Shown: positions 46,410 through 55,398 of the stretch, in pieces
How positions within the stretch are numbered: the first letter of the stretch is position 1
How the letters are laid out: each line of letters starts with the position of its first letter
Origin: Steroidobacter sp.
GTDB taxonomy: Bacteria > Pseudomonadota > Gammaproteobacteria > Steroidobacterales > Steroidobacteraceae
Direction: 5' to 3'
Length of the DNA stretch: 64,000 nucleotides
NCBI GenBank assembly: GCA_025929585.1
Contig: JAICPY010000001.1
Coordinates: forward strand, 29,802-93,801
Made by a program: the position numbers and the translations under genes
The notes under the pieces: model-generated
Databases searched by the model: none
Told to the model about the DNA's origin: nothing
Seen by the model: the letters and a program-made list of their open reading frames with translations, nothing else

Positions 46410-47836
46410 ACTCCTGTCTCGAGCGGAAGATCTCCCGCCGACGTTGCATATTCCAATTCAGCTCGGCGTGCCAGAACGTCGAACTGCGTGATGACATGGT
46501 TAAGCTCGGCACCGGTGAGTGTGCTGCGAGCATCGATGAACTCCACTTGATTGATTACACCTTCATCGCGTTTGCGGCTGGCAATGTGAAATGCCGCGCG
46601 CGCGGCTTCGGCACGTGCTTGCGCGGTCGCGAGTGAAGCTCGCGCGGTTACCAGGCGGTCATACGCTTGCTGAACTTCCAAGCGAATCTGCTGAGCAATC
46701 TCTTCTTCTTGCAAAACCAGCTGCCGCTGGGTTGCTCGCGCTTGTGCAATACGTGCGGCATCGCTCCCGCCATCGAATAGGCGCCAGGTGAACACGAGCG
46801 ATGCAACGCCGAAGTTGTAGCCATCGCCGACTCCGTAGTCCTCTCCTTGCGTGCCTGCATCGACGCCGATGGAAAGCGTCGGCCATTTTCGATGTCGAGC
46901 AATCCGCACTTGCTCTTCACTCGCTCGCCTGAGCTGTTCCACCTGCGAGACTTCCGGTCTGCGGTTTAAAGCGTTGGCCCAGAGTTGCTCGAGCGCAGCG
47001 TCACGTTCGCTCAGCAAAGTCGGCGCATTTGTCACCTCGAGCGCAGATCGCAAGTCCTGGTTGAGTAAAAAATTGAGATAGCTTTGCGCCTGGGTGGTGA
47101 GATTCTCGATCTCGCGCTTCTGTTGTTCCACGGCCAGGAGCTCCGCTCGAGCACGTAGAACCTGGTCTTCGGTAACCTTGCCGTTGTCGAACAGCGATTG
47201 ATTGACGCGCAGATTTTCCGTCAACAACACCTCGCTGGCGCTTACGATCTCTCCCGACTTGCGAGCCTTCAACCAATCCACATAGGCGATCGTGATGTCG
47301 CGCCTTAGTGCGCGTGCTATCGCCATGCGGCGATAGCTGCTGGCATCGAGCAGTGCGCGTTGCGCTCGGACCGCAGCCGGAATGGCCGGGGCGAATACTG
47401 GCTGGCGTAAAACCAGACGCGTATCTTGTTCGCGCTCGCGCAAGAAATTGACCGTCTCGTCTTGCACCATGGGGAATCTCGGTTCCTGACCTTGTGCAAC
47501 GAGCATCTCGTTCAAGGTCGAGTACACCGGGTTGAGCGCCGTCCCGAGCGGCAACGCGAACTCTCGGCCGCCTTCGGCGCGCGAGTACCGAGCCTCGAAC
47601 GTGAGCTCAGGGAAGAAGCGAGCACGTGCTTCGGCGAGTGCTTGCGTCGCCTTCTCGACTTCGAGGGTCTCGCTTTGTAGCGCGAGATTCCGATTCAGCC
47701 CTTCAGCGATATAACGATCGACTACAACATCGAAAGGCTGGGTTTGTCCGACGACCGCTGAGCTCGCTGCGAACAAAGCAATGCCGAGTGCGCAACGAAA
47801 GCGCCGCATCGCCGCCGGCTCCGACTGGCTCGTCAT
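46406..47836 (-). CDS. TolC-family outer-membrane efflux protein
   Basis: Signal peptide, two OEP repeats (ARARFFPEL, WPTLSIG), in operon with MFP and RND. Start at 47836. Confidence 0.9.
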   Translation of the reverse strand: MTSQSEPAAMRRFRCALGIALFAASSAVVGQTQPFDVVVDRYIAEGLNRNLALQSETLEVEKATQALAEARARFFPELTFEARYSRAEGGREFALPLGTALNPVYSTLNEMLVAQGQEPRFPMVQDETVNFLREREQDTRLVLRQPVFAPAIPAAVRAQRALLDASSYRRMAIARALRRDITIAYVDWLKARKSGEIVSASEVLLTENLRVNQSLFDNGKVTEDQVLRARAELLAVEQQKREIENLTTQAQSYLNFLLNQDLRSALEVTNAPTLLSERDAALEQLWANALNRRPEVSQVEQLRRASEEQVRIARHRKWPTLSIGVDAGTQGEDYGVGDGYNFGVASLVFTWRLFDGGSDAARIAQARATQRQLVLQEEEIAQQIRLEVQQAYDRLVTARASLATAQARAEAARAAFHIASRKRDEGVINQVEFIDARSTLTGAELNHVITQFDVLARRAELEYATSAGDLPLETGV

Positions 47837-47904
47837 TAGTTCGTCCTTCTTCAGTTGTCGACTAATTAGACGCGTGTCAAAAATTGCGCGAAAAAATCCG
47901 CCCT

Positions 47905-48558
47905 TCAATCCTGCGCAGCCGGTCCCGCGAGCCCAGCTCGGATCAATGAAACCGCGTGCTGCGTCAGCTGCTGGATGCTGATACCCACTTGTGCGAGAGG
48001 CGCACCTTTGGTCATCGCGATCTGAATGATCCCGTGCATGAAGCCCCACAGCACCCGAGACATCACGGCGACATCACCCAGCTCCGTACGGATCGTGCCG
48101 TCTCGTTGTCCTAACAGGAGTGCATCGACCACGACCGCGTGAACGCGCTTGCCTGACTCGAAACAAGCAAGTTCTTGCGCGCCAGGGTCGGAAGTATCCG
48201 GCGCGTGCAGCTCCAGGCGTGCACATGCATCGAAGTAATACGGGAATTCGTGGCTGTACGCCATATAGGCCCGCCCGATGGAAATGATCTTCTCCAGACC
48301 ATTCTTACTGCGCGCGCTCGCTTCTTCGAAGCGCTTCTGCAGCATCTCCATCGCACGGGCTGCGATTGCGAAGTGCAAATCTTGCTTGTCCCTGAAATAG
48401 ACATATACAAGCGCCCGGCTCAATCGAGCGCGCTTCGCGACGCTATCCATGGTGACGGCATCCCAGCCGAGCTCCTTATAGAGTTCCTCGGCTGCCTCCA
48501 CGATCTCTGTGCGTCGGCGGTCTTTCTCTTCCTGACGGCGTTCGGCGATATAGGACAT
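47905..48558 (-). CDS. TetR/AcrR family transcriptional regulator
   Basis: HTH VTMDSVAKRARLSRALVYVYFRDK. Start MSYIAERR at 48558. Confidence 0.93.
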   Translation of the reverse strand: MSYIAERRQEEKDRRRTEIVEAAEELYKELGWDAVTMDSVAKRARLSRALVYVYFRDKQDLHFAIAARAMEMLQKRFEEASARSKNGLEKIISIGRAYMAYSHEFPYYFDACARLELHAPDTSDPGAQELACFESGKRVHAVVVDALLLGQRDGTIRTELGDVAVMSRVLWGFMHGIIQIAMTKGAPLAQVGISIQQLTQHAVSLIRAGLAGPAAQD

Positions 48559-48566
48559 GGGGCGCA

Positions 48567-48596
48567 AGACTAAACCCGTCGTTGACACAGTGTCAA
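48567..48596 (-). promoter_or_regulatory. Promoter with overlapping palindromic operator for tetR
   Basis: Perfect palindrome TTGACAC-A-GTGTCAA (48582-48596) contains the minus-strand -35 TTGACA; TAGTCT -10 lies 18 bp downstream. Confidence 0.65.
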
Positions 48597-48825
48597 TAGA
48601 TGAACGGCAGTCTAAATCTGAAGGCGTTAGGAAGATCCGCGTCTGCGGCCAGAGAGGGATCGCATCTCCGTCCGGATTTTGGCTGCGGACCGCGGACCCT
48701 CAGCCGGCTACATTCCCGGCCGATATCCACCGATGTCGCCATGCATCCTCTGCCCGCATTGAGCATTGGTCGGATTTCCTTACTGCGCGGCAGGGGTACA
48801 GTCGGAACTAAACGGTTGTAGACCC

Positions 48826-50628
48826 ATGAGCTCAGAGCCTTCGTACATCGAAGTCGAACGTGAAGATCCGCGCGACCCGCAGGCGCTCGTGAGGCTTGTG
48901 CCGTTGTTCTCCTCCTTAGAACCGGCGCTTCTGGATGCGATCGTCGCCCGCATTCGATGGTTTGCCTTGCCGGGCGGTACGACGTTGTTCGAGGCGGGCG
49001 ATGAGCCTGATGCGCTTTATTTCGTCGCAAGCGGCAGCTTGGGTGCGTTCATCGTGACCTCGGCAGGTCACCGACGCTCCATCGGGCGCATCGCGGCCGG
49101 CGAAACAGTTGGTGAGATGGCCTTGATTTCGGGAAAGAGCCGCAACGCGACAGTGATCGCGTTGCGCGATACCGAGCTCGGACGTTTGTCACGCGAAGAT
49201 TTCGAAGAGCTCATGCTGTCGCACCCGGCAGGGCTCCTGCGTCTAGCGCAGTTGATGGTGCAACGGCTGGAATCTTCTCAGCAACAGACTCGAGGAACTC
49301 GCACGGTACCGCGCACGATTGCAGTCGTGCCCCATTCGTTGGCCGATGGTGCGACTGAATTCGCCGAGCGTCTGGTTCAAGAGTTGCGCAAGCTTGGACG
49401 CACCGAGCTTGTATGGAACCGTCGAGGCGCGGATCAGACGAGCGACTGGTTCCATACGCTCGAGCGCGCCAACGACTTTGTCGTGTACGTCTGTGACGTC
49501 GAGCCGAGCAAGTGGAGCAAGCTGTGTCTGAGGCAGGCCGATGCGGTTTTGCTGCTTGCAAGCGCGGATGCCGCGCCCAATCAGTGGTCCGCACTCGGAG
49601 TGCAATCCGAACGCGCGATGATCGCGCAACGCATGGAGTTGGTGCTGGTGCACGGCCGAAAGATCACGCGCGGTGCCGCTGCGCGCTGGCTAAACATCAA
49701 GCCGAACCTTCCGCATCATCATGTACGCACCATTCACGACGTTGCACGTCTCGCCCGATCGATCACGGGCAATGCTTTAGGTGTCGTTCTGTCTGGAGGT
49801 GGCGCCAGAGGCTTTGCTCACCTCGGTGTGCTGAAAGCATTGCGCGAATCGGGAATTCAAGTCGATGCGATCGGCGGAACCAGTATCGGCGCCGTGATCG
49901 CCGCGGGATTTGCGTCCGAATGGGATCACGATGAGCTCGTCTCGCGGGTGCGACGCAGTTTCGTCGACACCAATCCCGTTGATGACTACACGTTGCCGTT
50001 GGTTGCGCTCGCTTCGGGTCGCAAGGTCAGCGGATTACTGCGTCGCGAGTTCGAAGATGCAGCGATAGAAGATTTGCCGTTACCGTTCTTCTGCGTCTCG
50101 GCCAACTTGACCTCGGGGCAGCTCGCAGTACATCGCCGCGGCGAATTGTGGCGCTGGCTACGTGCCAGTGTCGCGATACCCGGAGTGTTGCCGCCCGTCG
50201 TGCACAACGCGGAACTGTTCGTCGATGGCGCCACCATGAATAACCTGCCAGTCGACGTCATGCGCGAGGCCGGCATCGGCAAGATCATCGGTGTGGACGT
50301 CGGCGCGGATCGAGCATTCACTACCGACTGTGTGGACTCGGACGCGCCGCCCTTTTGGAAGCTGCTTAAATGGTTTCGCGGCCGCAAGCAGCGGATCAAC
50401 ATTCTGCAGATCCTCTGGCGTGCCGGAATGGTGAACAGCGCGGCGAATACGCTGGCGCGGCGCGAGCTGTCGGATCTGCTGCTGCAGCCGCCCCTCGAAC
50501 AAATAGACATGCTGAACTGGCGCGCATTCGATCGTGCGATAGAAGCCGGCTATGTGTATGCCAGCTCGAGGTTGGAGATCGCACATTCATGGTCGCGATC
50601 GGACCGCAAGGCATCAGCCGAGATGTGA
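48826..50628 (+). CDS. Patatin-like phospholipase with N-terminal cNMP-binding domain (NTE-like)
   Basis: GETVGEMAL...RNATV cNMP motif, GGGARG, GTSIG nucleophile elbow, DGA. Start at 48826. Confidence 0.92.
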   Translation: MSSEPSYIEVEREDPRDPQALVRLVPLFSSLEPALLDAIVARIRWFALPGGTTLFEAGDEPDALYFVASGSLGAFIVTSAGHRRSIGRIAAGETVGEMALISGKSRNATVIALRDTELGRLSREDFEELMLSHPAGLLRLAQLMVQRLESSQQQTRGTRTVPRTIAVVPHSLADGATEFAERLVQELRKLGRTELVWNRRGADQTSDWFHTLERANDFVVYVCDVEPSKWSKLCLRQADAVLLLASADAAPNQWSALGVQSERAMIAQRMELVLVHGRKITRGAAARWLNIKPNLPHHHVRTIHDVARLARSITGNALGVVLSGGGARGFAHLGVLKALRESGIQVDAIGGTSIGAVIAAGFASEWDHDELVSRVRRSFVDTNPVDDYTLPLVALASGRKVSGLLRREFEDAAIEDLPLPFFCVSANLTSGQLAVHRRGELWRWLRASVAIPGVLPPVVHNAELFVDGATMNNLPVDVMREAGIGKIIGVDVGADRAFTTDCVDSDAPPFWKLLKWFRGRKQRINILQILWRAGMVNSAANTLARRELSDLLLQPPLEQIDMLNWRAFDRAIEAGYVYASSRLEIAHSWSRSDRKASAEM

Positions 50629-50690
50629 AATGCCGTGCGGCCTGCGGCACGCGTTCGGAAGAGACTATTTCTTACGCGCGAGCCGCTTCG

Positions 50691-51452
50691 TCACTGTCTC
50701 GGAAGTAAGAACCTCAATCCGCGGTGATCCAGCACGACGCCGTCAGCGGTGATCCGTTCCACCACTGGACCTTCGCTGAGCGCTTGTCCTTCGATGTACT
50801 TGCGCATGTTCACGAACACGAATCGTTCGGCTGCATTCGGCGAATGGACGTGAATGTCCAGATGCAGGTCTGGCAAATTTCCACTGGTGCCACCCAGCTC
50901 GCGATAGGTCGGGAGTACCTCCTCGGGTTCTGGTTGCGTAGTTTGAACCTGGGCACGCCTATCGCTCGGCGCAACTGTCGGTGCTTGGATAGGCCTGACG
51001 ATTGCCGAGCGTTCCGGCACTTCGGCGGCTATAGCTAGATTTGGATTCTCCGGCGGGTAGGAAGTCGGATCGCCATCCACCGTGGCCTCATCGGCCAGCG
51101 ATCGAACTGAGGGATCGGCTGTCACGGCGGCCATCTCTGCAGGTTGTCGCTCCATCTGCAGCGGCGCGCGGCGGGCCGGCGGCGGCGTCGTGATGACTGA
51201 ATTGGTTGCGGGCGCGACACGCGGCGATTCATTCACTTCGAGCGACTGCGCGGGTGCGACAGGTGGATCCTCATCGCGGAGCAGAACGACTAGCAGCACG
51301 GTCAAATTGACTAGCAACAAAGCGCCTACGGCAAACGCCCACCAAGGTTTCTCGTCTGGGCGTGCTCGAACTTGCACGTCGGCGAGCGATGGTCCGATCT
51401 TTCGCTGCCGCTCGTTCTCCGACTTCTTCAGTGCTTCGAGAATGAAGCTCAT
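50691..51452 (-). CDS. gspB: GspB/ExeB-like protein
   Basis: MSFILEALKKSE N-terminus, one TM, Pro-rich linker, C-terminal LHLDIHVHS...RFVFVNM; overlaps exeA. Confidence 0.85.
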   Translation of the reverse strand: MSFILEALKKSENERQRKIGPSLADVQVRARPDEKPWWAFAVGALLLVNLTVLLVVLLRDEDPPVAPAQSLEVNESPRVAPATNSVITTPPPARRAPLQMERQPAEMAAVTADPSVRSLADEATVDGDPTSYPPENPNLAIAAEVPERSAIVRPIQAPTVAPSDRRAQVQTTQPEPEEVLPTYRELGGTSGNLPDLHLDIHVHSPNAAERFVFVNMRKYIEGQALSEGPVVERITADGVVLDHRGLRFLLPRQ

Positions 51453-53119
51453 CCCGATGCTCCCAAGCTTCCGGCATCTTGCGCGATCAATTGAGGTGCG
51501 CCCGAAGAGTTGGCCAGTGCATCGAGCACTATCTGAGTCTGCACCCCTGCAATGCCATCGACTCTCAGGCGATGTCTACGTTGAAAATCCTCGACCATTT
51601 GCACTAGCTCGTCATCATAAAAGTCACTCGGTGTCTCCTCGTTCTGCCGGCCGTGCACCGAGTTCAACGTACGACGTAGCCACCGCACGCCGTCGCCTTG
51701 CATGCCTGCAGACAAGGCGCGAGGGGCCGCGACCTGCGGACGCCATAGCACGAGATAATCGCCATACCAGAGTCGTGAGATCGAAGCGATCGGCACATCG
51801 AGCGGCGCGTCCGGTAATTTGATCTGCGCGTCCGCCGCATTCAAACCTGCAACTACGACTTGATGCGCGTTACCGCTGTCGTCGATGAGTGTCAGGATGG
51901 CAGGACGATTGAGCGTTCGCAGTTGACCCCATGAGCCTTGGCTATATACGCACTCCAGCCCCTGCTGCAGCGCCTGATCGCAGGGGCGTCCATTCGCGGG
52001 ATCGAACTTGCCGCCCCAGAGCGCAAACAGCTGCCCGAAAGCCGTCTCGGTATTCGTCTGGCCCGCATGTGCCTGCAAAACAGTCGCGATATCGAGTGGC
52101 TCAGCTTCAGGCTGCACCGTGGCATGCACCGCAGGTTGCGCAGCAGCGGGCGCTGGATTTACTGAGGCAGCCTCGGGTGCGGCAGCGACAGGTTGAGTTG
52201 CTGGCACTTCGTTGAAGCCGACAAGCAGCCAAATACCCAAACCCAGAACAATCAATCCAATCGTTGCGGACGCACCGATCAATAACCTCATCCACGGTGG
52301 ACTAAACGTACGACCATAAACCTCGCTCGCCGCGGCTCGTACGAGCGCGGGACCGATACGATGTTGCTCCTGAGTAAAGGCGCCGAGCAGCGCTCGATCG
52401 CAGATGACGTTGATGATGCGAGGTACGCCATCACTCAAGCGATGGATCTCGCGCAGTGCGGGAGAGCTGAAGATCTCGCCGTTCGCACCCGCTACCTTGA
52501 GTCGATGGTTGACGTACGCCACGGTTTCGGACTTCGTGAGCGGTGCGAGGTGATACCGACCGGTGATGCGCTGCGCGAGCTGGCGCAGTTCCACGCGCGA
52601 TAGCACTTCGCGCAGCTCCGGCTGACCGATCAGGATGATCTGCAGCAGCTTCTGCGAGGCGGTTTCCAAATTCGTCAGCAGGCGGACCTGCTCGAGTGTT
52701 TCCGGCGACAGGTTCTGAGCTTCGTCGACAATTACGACTACCCGCCTGCCTTTCGCGTGAGCTTCGAGCAGGCGCTTGTTCAGGATGTCGACCAGATCTT
52801 TGATGCTGCTCGTATCTTCATCGCGGACGAAAATGCCCAGCTCTTCGCAAATCGTGAGTACGAACTGGAGCGGCGTGAGCTGAGGATTCAGGATAACGGC
52901 AACATCGGCATGACCTGGCATGCGTTCGAGGAGCGAGCGCACCACGGTCGTTTTGCCGGTGCCTACCTCGCCCGTTAGCTGGATGAAACCACCGGCCTCG
53001 TTGATGCCATACAGAAGATGGGCAAGCGCCTCCGCATGCCGCTCGCTCATATAGAGATAGCGGGGATCCGGGGTAATGGCGAAAGGCTTTTCGCCCAGGC
53101 CGAAGAAGCTCGTGTACAT
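51449..53119 (-). CDS. exeA: ExeA/GspA AAA ATPase with C-terminal peptidoglycan-binding domain
   Basis: FAITPDPRYLY, TGEVGTGKTT, IVDEAQNL, RLLTNLET, FQRRHRLRVDGIAG. Confidence 0.92.
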   Translation of the reverse strand: MYTSFFGLGEKPFAITPDPRYLYMSERHAEALAHLLYGINEAGGFIQLTGEVGTGKTTVVRSLLERMPGHADVAVILNPQLTPLQFVLTICEELGIFVRDEDTSSIKDLVDILNKRLLEAHAKGRRVVVIVDEAQNLSPETLEQVRLLTNLETASQKLLQIILIGQPELREVLSRVELRQLAQRITGRYHLAPLTKSETVAYVNHRLKVAGANGEIFSSPALREIHRLSDGVPRIINVICDRALLGAFTQEQHRIGPALVRAAASEVYGRTFSPPWMRLLIGASATIGLIVLGLGIWLLVGFNEVPATQPVAAAPEAASVNPAPAAAQPAVHATVQPEAEPLDIATVLQAHAGQTNTETAFGQLFALWGGKFDPANGRPCDQALQQGLECVYSQGSWGQLRTLNRPAILTLIDDSGNAHQVVVAGLNAADAQIKLPDAPLDVPIASISRLWYGDYLVLWRPQVAAPRALSAGMQGDGVRWLRRTLNSVHGRQNEETPSDFYDDELVQMVEDFQRRHRLRVDGIAGVQTQIVLDALANSSGAPQLIAQDAGSLGASG

Positions 53120-53385
53120 ATCGACTTAAAGGATGTCGCCGAGCTTGGAACGAATGCTCGACGCCATGATGCCCGCTCACGTAGTCAGGTGCAAAGGGGC
53201 TCGCGCGGCCACCGCCCGCATCGAAGAACGTTCAGATCGAGATCCTTGGCGTTAGTTCACTTATATAGTGCTTCAATGCGCCTTGCCGCTGTGCACACGG
53301 CTCGTTAGGCTGCGCCCGCGTTCCGGCATTATCGGCCGGCGCCGCTTGCCGCTGCTGAAAAATCCTGACGACCCGACGGTATCTT

Positions 53386-54321
53386 ATGAAAGCGCTCGCC
53401 TTTCGCCAACTGACGAAGACTTACAAGAATGGCGTCCGTGCGCTCAAGGGCATCGATCTGGACGTCGAGGAGGGGGATTTCTTTGCGCTGCTCGGTCCGA
53501 ACGGCGCCGGAAAAACCACTGCAATCGGTATCGTGACCTCGCTGGTTAATAAGAGTGGCGGCAAGGTAGAAGTCTTTGGGCATGACATCGACACGCAGCT
53601 CGCGCTGGCGAAATCATGCATCGGTCTGGTCCCGCAGGAAATCAATTTCAATCAGTTCGAGACAGTCACGACGATTCTCGTGAATCAGGCAGGGTTTTAT
53701 GGTCTGCCGCGGCGTGTTGCTCACGATCGGCTCGAGAAGTATCTGACAGCGTTGCAGCTCTGGGACAAGCGCAACAGCATCTCTCGCAGCCTGTCCGGCG
53801 GCATGAAGCGCCGCTTGATGATCGCACGCGCTTTGATGCATGAACCCAGGTTGCTGATCTTGGATGAACCGACCGCGGGCGTGGACATCGAAGTACGCCG
53901 CTCGATGTGGACATTCATGCGCGATATCAACGTCGCCGGCACAACGATCATCCTGACCACCCACTATCTGGAAGAGGCAGAGAGCCTGTGCCGCCATGTG
54001 GCCATCATCGACAAAGGGCAGATCATCGAGAACGACAGAATGAGCCGGGTTCTTCGCAAGCTGCAAACCGAGGTATTCGTTTTCAATCTGCGAAACCCCA
54101 TCGCAGCGCTGCCGGATTTGCCTGGCTACCGGACCACGCTACCCGACGATCATACGATCGAGATCGAGATGTCAAAGGACCAAAATCTCAACGACATCTT
54201 CTCGCGGCTGAGTGCGAGCGGCATCGAAGTGCTATCGATGCGCAACAAGACGAACCGGCTGGAAGAGCTGTTCATGAGATTGGTGAATAAAGAAGAGAAG
54301 GCGATAGGGGATGGGCGATAG
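53386..54321 (+). CDS. yadG: ABC transporter ATP-binding protein, YadG-like
   Basis: GPNGAGKTT, LSGGMKRR, LILDEPT, NRLEELF. Confidence 0.9.
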   Translation: MKALAFRQLTKTYKNGVRALKGIDLDVEEGDFFALLGPNGAGKTTAIGIVTSLVNKSGGKVEVFGHDIDTQLALAKSCIGLVPQEINFNQFETVTTILVNQAGFYGLPRRVAHDRLEKYLTALQLWDKRNSISRSLSGGMKRRLMIARALMHEPRLLILDEPTAGVDIEVRRSMWTFMRDINVAGTTIILTTHYLEEAESLCRHVAIIDKGQIIENDRMSRVLRKLQTEVFVFNLRNPIAALPDLPGYRTTLPDDHTIEIEMSKDQNLNDIFSRLSASGIEVLSMRNKTNRLEELFMRLVNKEEKAIGDGR

Positions 54322-54476
54322 GGGATAGTCAGAATCAGCAGCTAGACTCATCGGTTCGTTTCTACAAATGTTCCTCAAGCTCGACATTGCCAACTTCAAT
54401 ATCATGATCATTCGCGAGCTCAATCGTTAGCGAGTCACTTCCGATACCTATCGCCTATCCGCTATCCCCTATCGCC
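54300..54476. repeat. Inverted 7-mer array, GGCGATA type
   Basis: Four units then GTCAGA (54328), containing the yadG stop; four CTATC-NN units at 54448-54475. Confidence 0.9.
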
Positions 54477-54490
54477 TTCACTCGGCCCCC

Positions 54491-55264
54491 ATGCTTCTCA
54501 AAACCAATATCGTCGGCTTCAACACGATCGTCATTCGCGAGTTCAATCGGATTCTGCGTATTTGGGGACAGACGATCGTACCGCCGGCGATCACGGCGAC
54601 GCTCTACTTCATCATCTTCGGCAGCCTGATCGGCCGGCGCATCGGCGACATGGGCGGGTACTCTTATATCCAGTACATCGCTCCTGGCCTGATCATGATG
54701 TCGGTAGTCACGAACTCTTACGGCAACGTGGTCTCATCGTTCTTCGGCGCCAAGTTCGGCAAGCACATCGAAGAGTTGCTGGTCGCGCCGCTTCCGAACT
54801 GGCTAATCGTGATCGGTTACATGATGGGCGGCATTGCGCGCGGATTGCTGGTCGGACTCGTCGTTACGATCATCACGTTGATCTTTACGCGACTGCACAT
54901 CCACAACATCGCTATCGTGATTTCAGCTGTGGTGCTGAGCTCGATCGTGTTCTCGTTGGCGGGGATGATCAACGCCGTCTTCGCAAAGAACTTCGATCAA
55001 ATCTCCTTTATTCCGACGTTCGTGTTGACGCCGCTTACCTATCTTGGCGGCGTGTTTTATACGATCACGCTGCTGCCTGAATGGGCGCAGCACATCTCGC
55101 ACGCAAATCCGATTCTGTATATGGTCAACGCCTTCCGATTCGGATTCCTCGGCGTATCCGACGTCGACCTCGGTTTTGCCTATCTGATCATGATTGGCTC
55201 TGCGCTCGTTCTCTTCACCGCATGCGTGTGGCTGATGTATCGCGGGGTGGGGACGAGAGAATGA
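54491..55264 (+). CDS. yadH: ABC-2 permease, YadH-like
   Basis: IWGQTIVPP, IAPGLIMMSV, PLTYLGGVFY, NPILYMVNAFR. Confidence 0.9.
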   Translation: MLLKTNIVGFNTIVIREFNRILRIWGQTIVPPAITATLYFIIFGSLIGRRIGDMGGYSYIQYIAPGLIMMSVVTNSYGNVVSSFFGAKFGKHIEELLVAPLPNWLIVIGYMMGGIARGLLVGLVVTIITLIFTRLHIHNIAIVISAVVLSSIVFSLAGMINAVFAKNFDQISFIPTFVLTPLTYLGGVFYTITLLPEWAQHISHANPILYMVNAFRFGFLGVSDVDLGFAYLIMIGSALVLFTACVWLMYRGVGTRE

Positions 55265-55270
55265 AGCATA

Positions 55271-55390
55271 GTGACGGGTGACCGGTGACGAGTGACGAGT
55301 CAGAAAACAATGGTGACGGGATGGCGACGACGCAAGGTAAGCGTGTGCTTTCCGCTCTCACCCGTCACCCCGTCACCCGTCACTTGTCAC
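55271..55390. repeat. Inverted 7-mer array, GTGACGA type
   Basis: Four units then GTCAGA (55299); complementary units at 55362-55390; convergent yadH/PQQ dehydrogenase junction. Confidence 0.92.
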
Positions 55391-55398
55391 CGCGTCCG

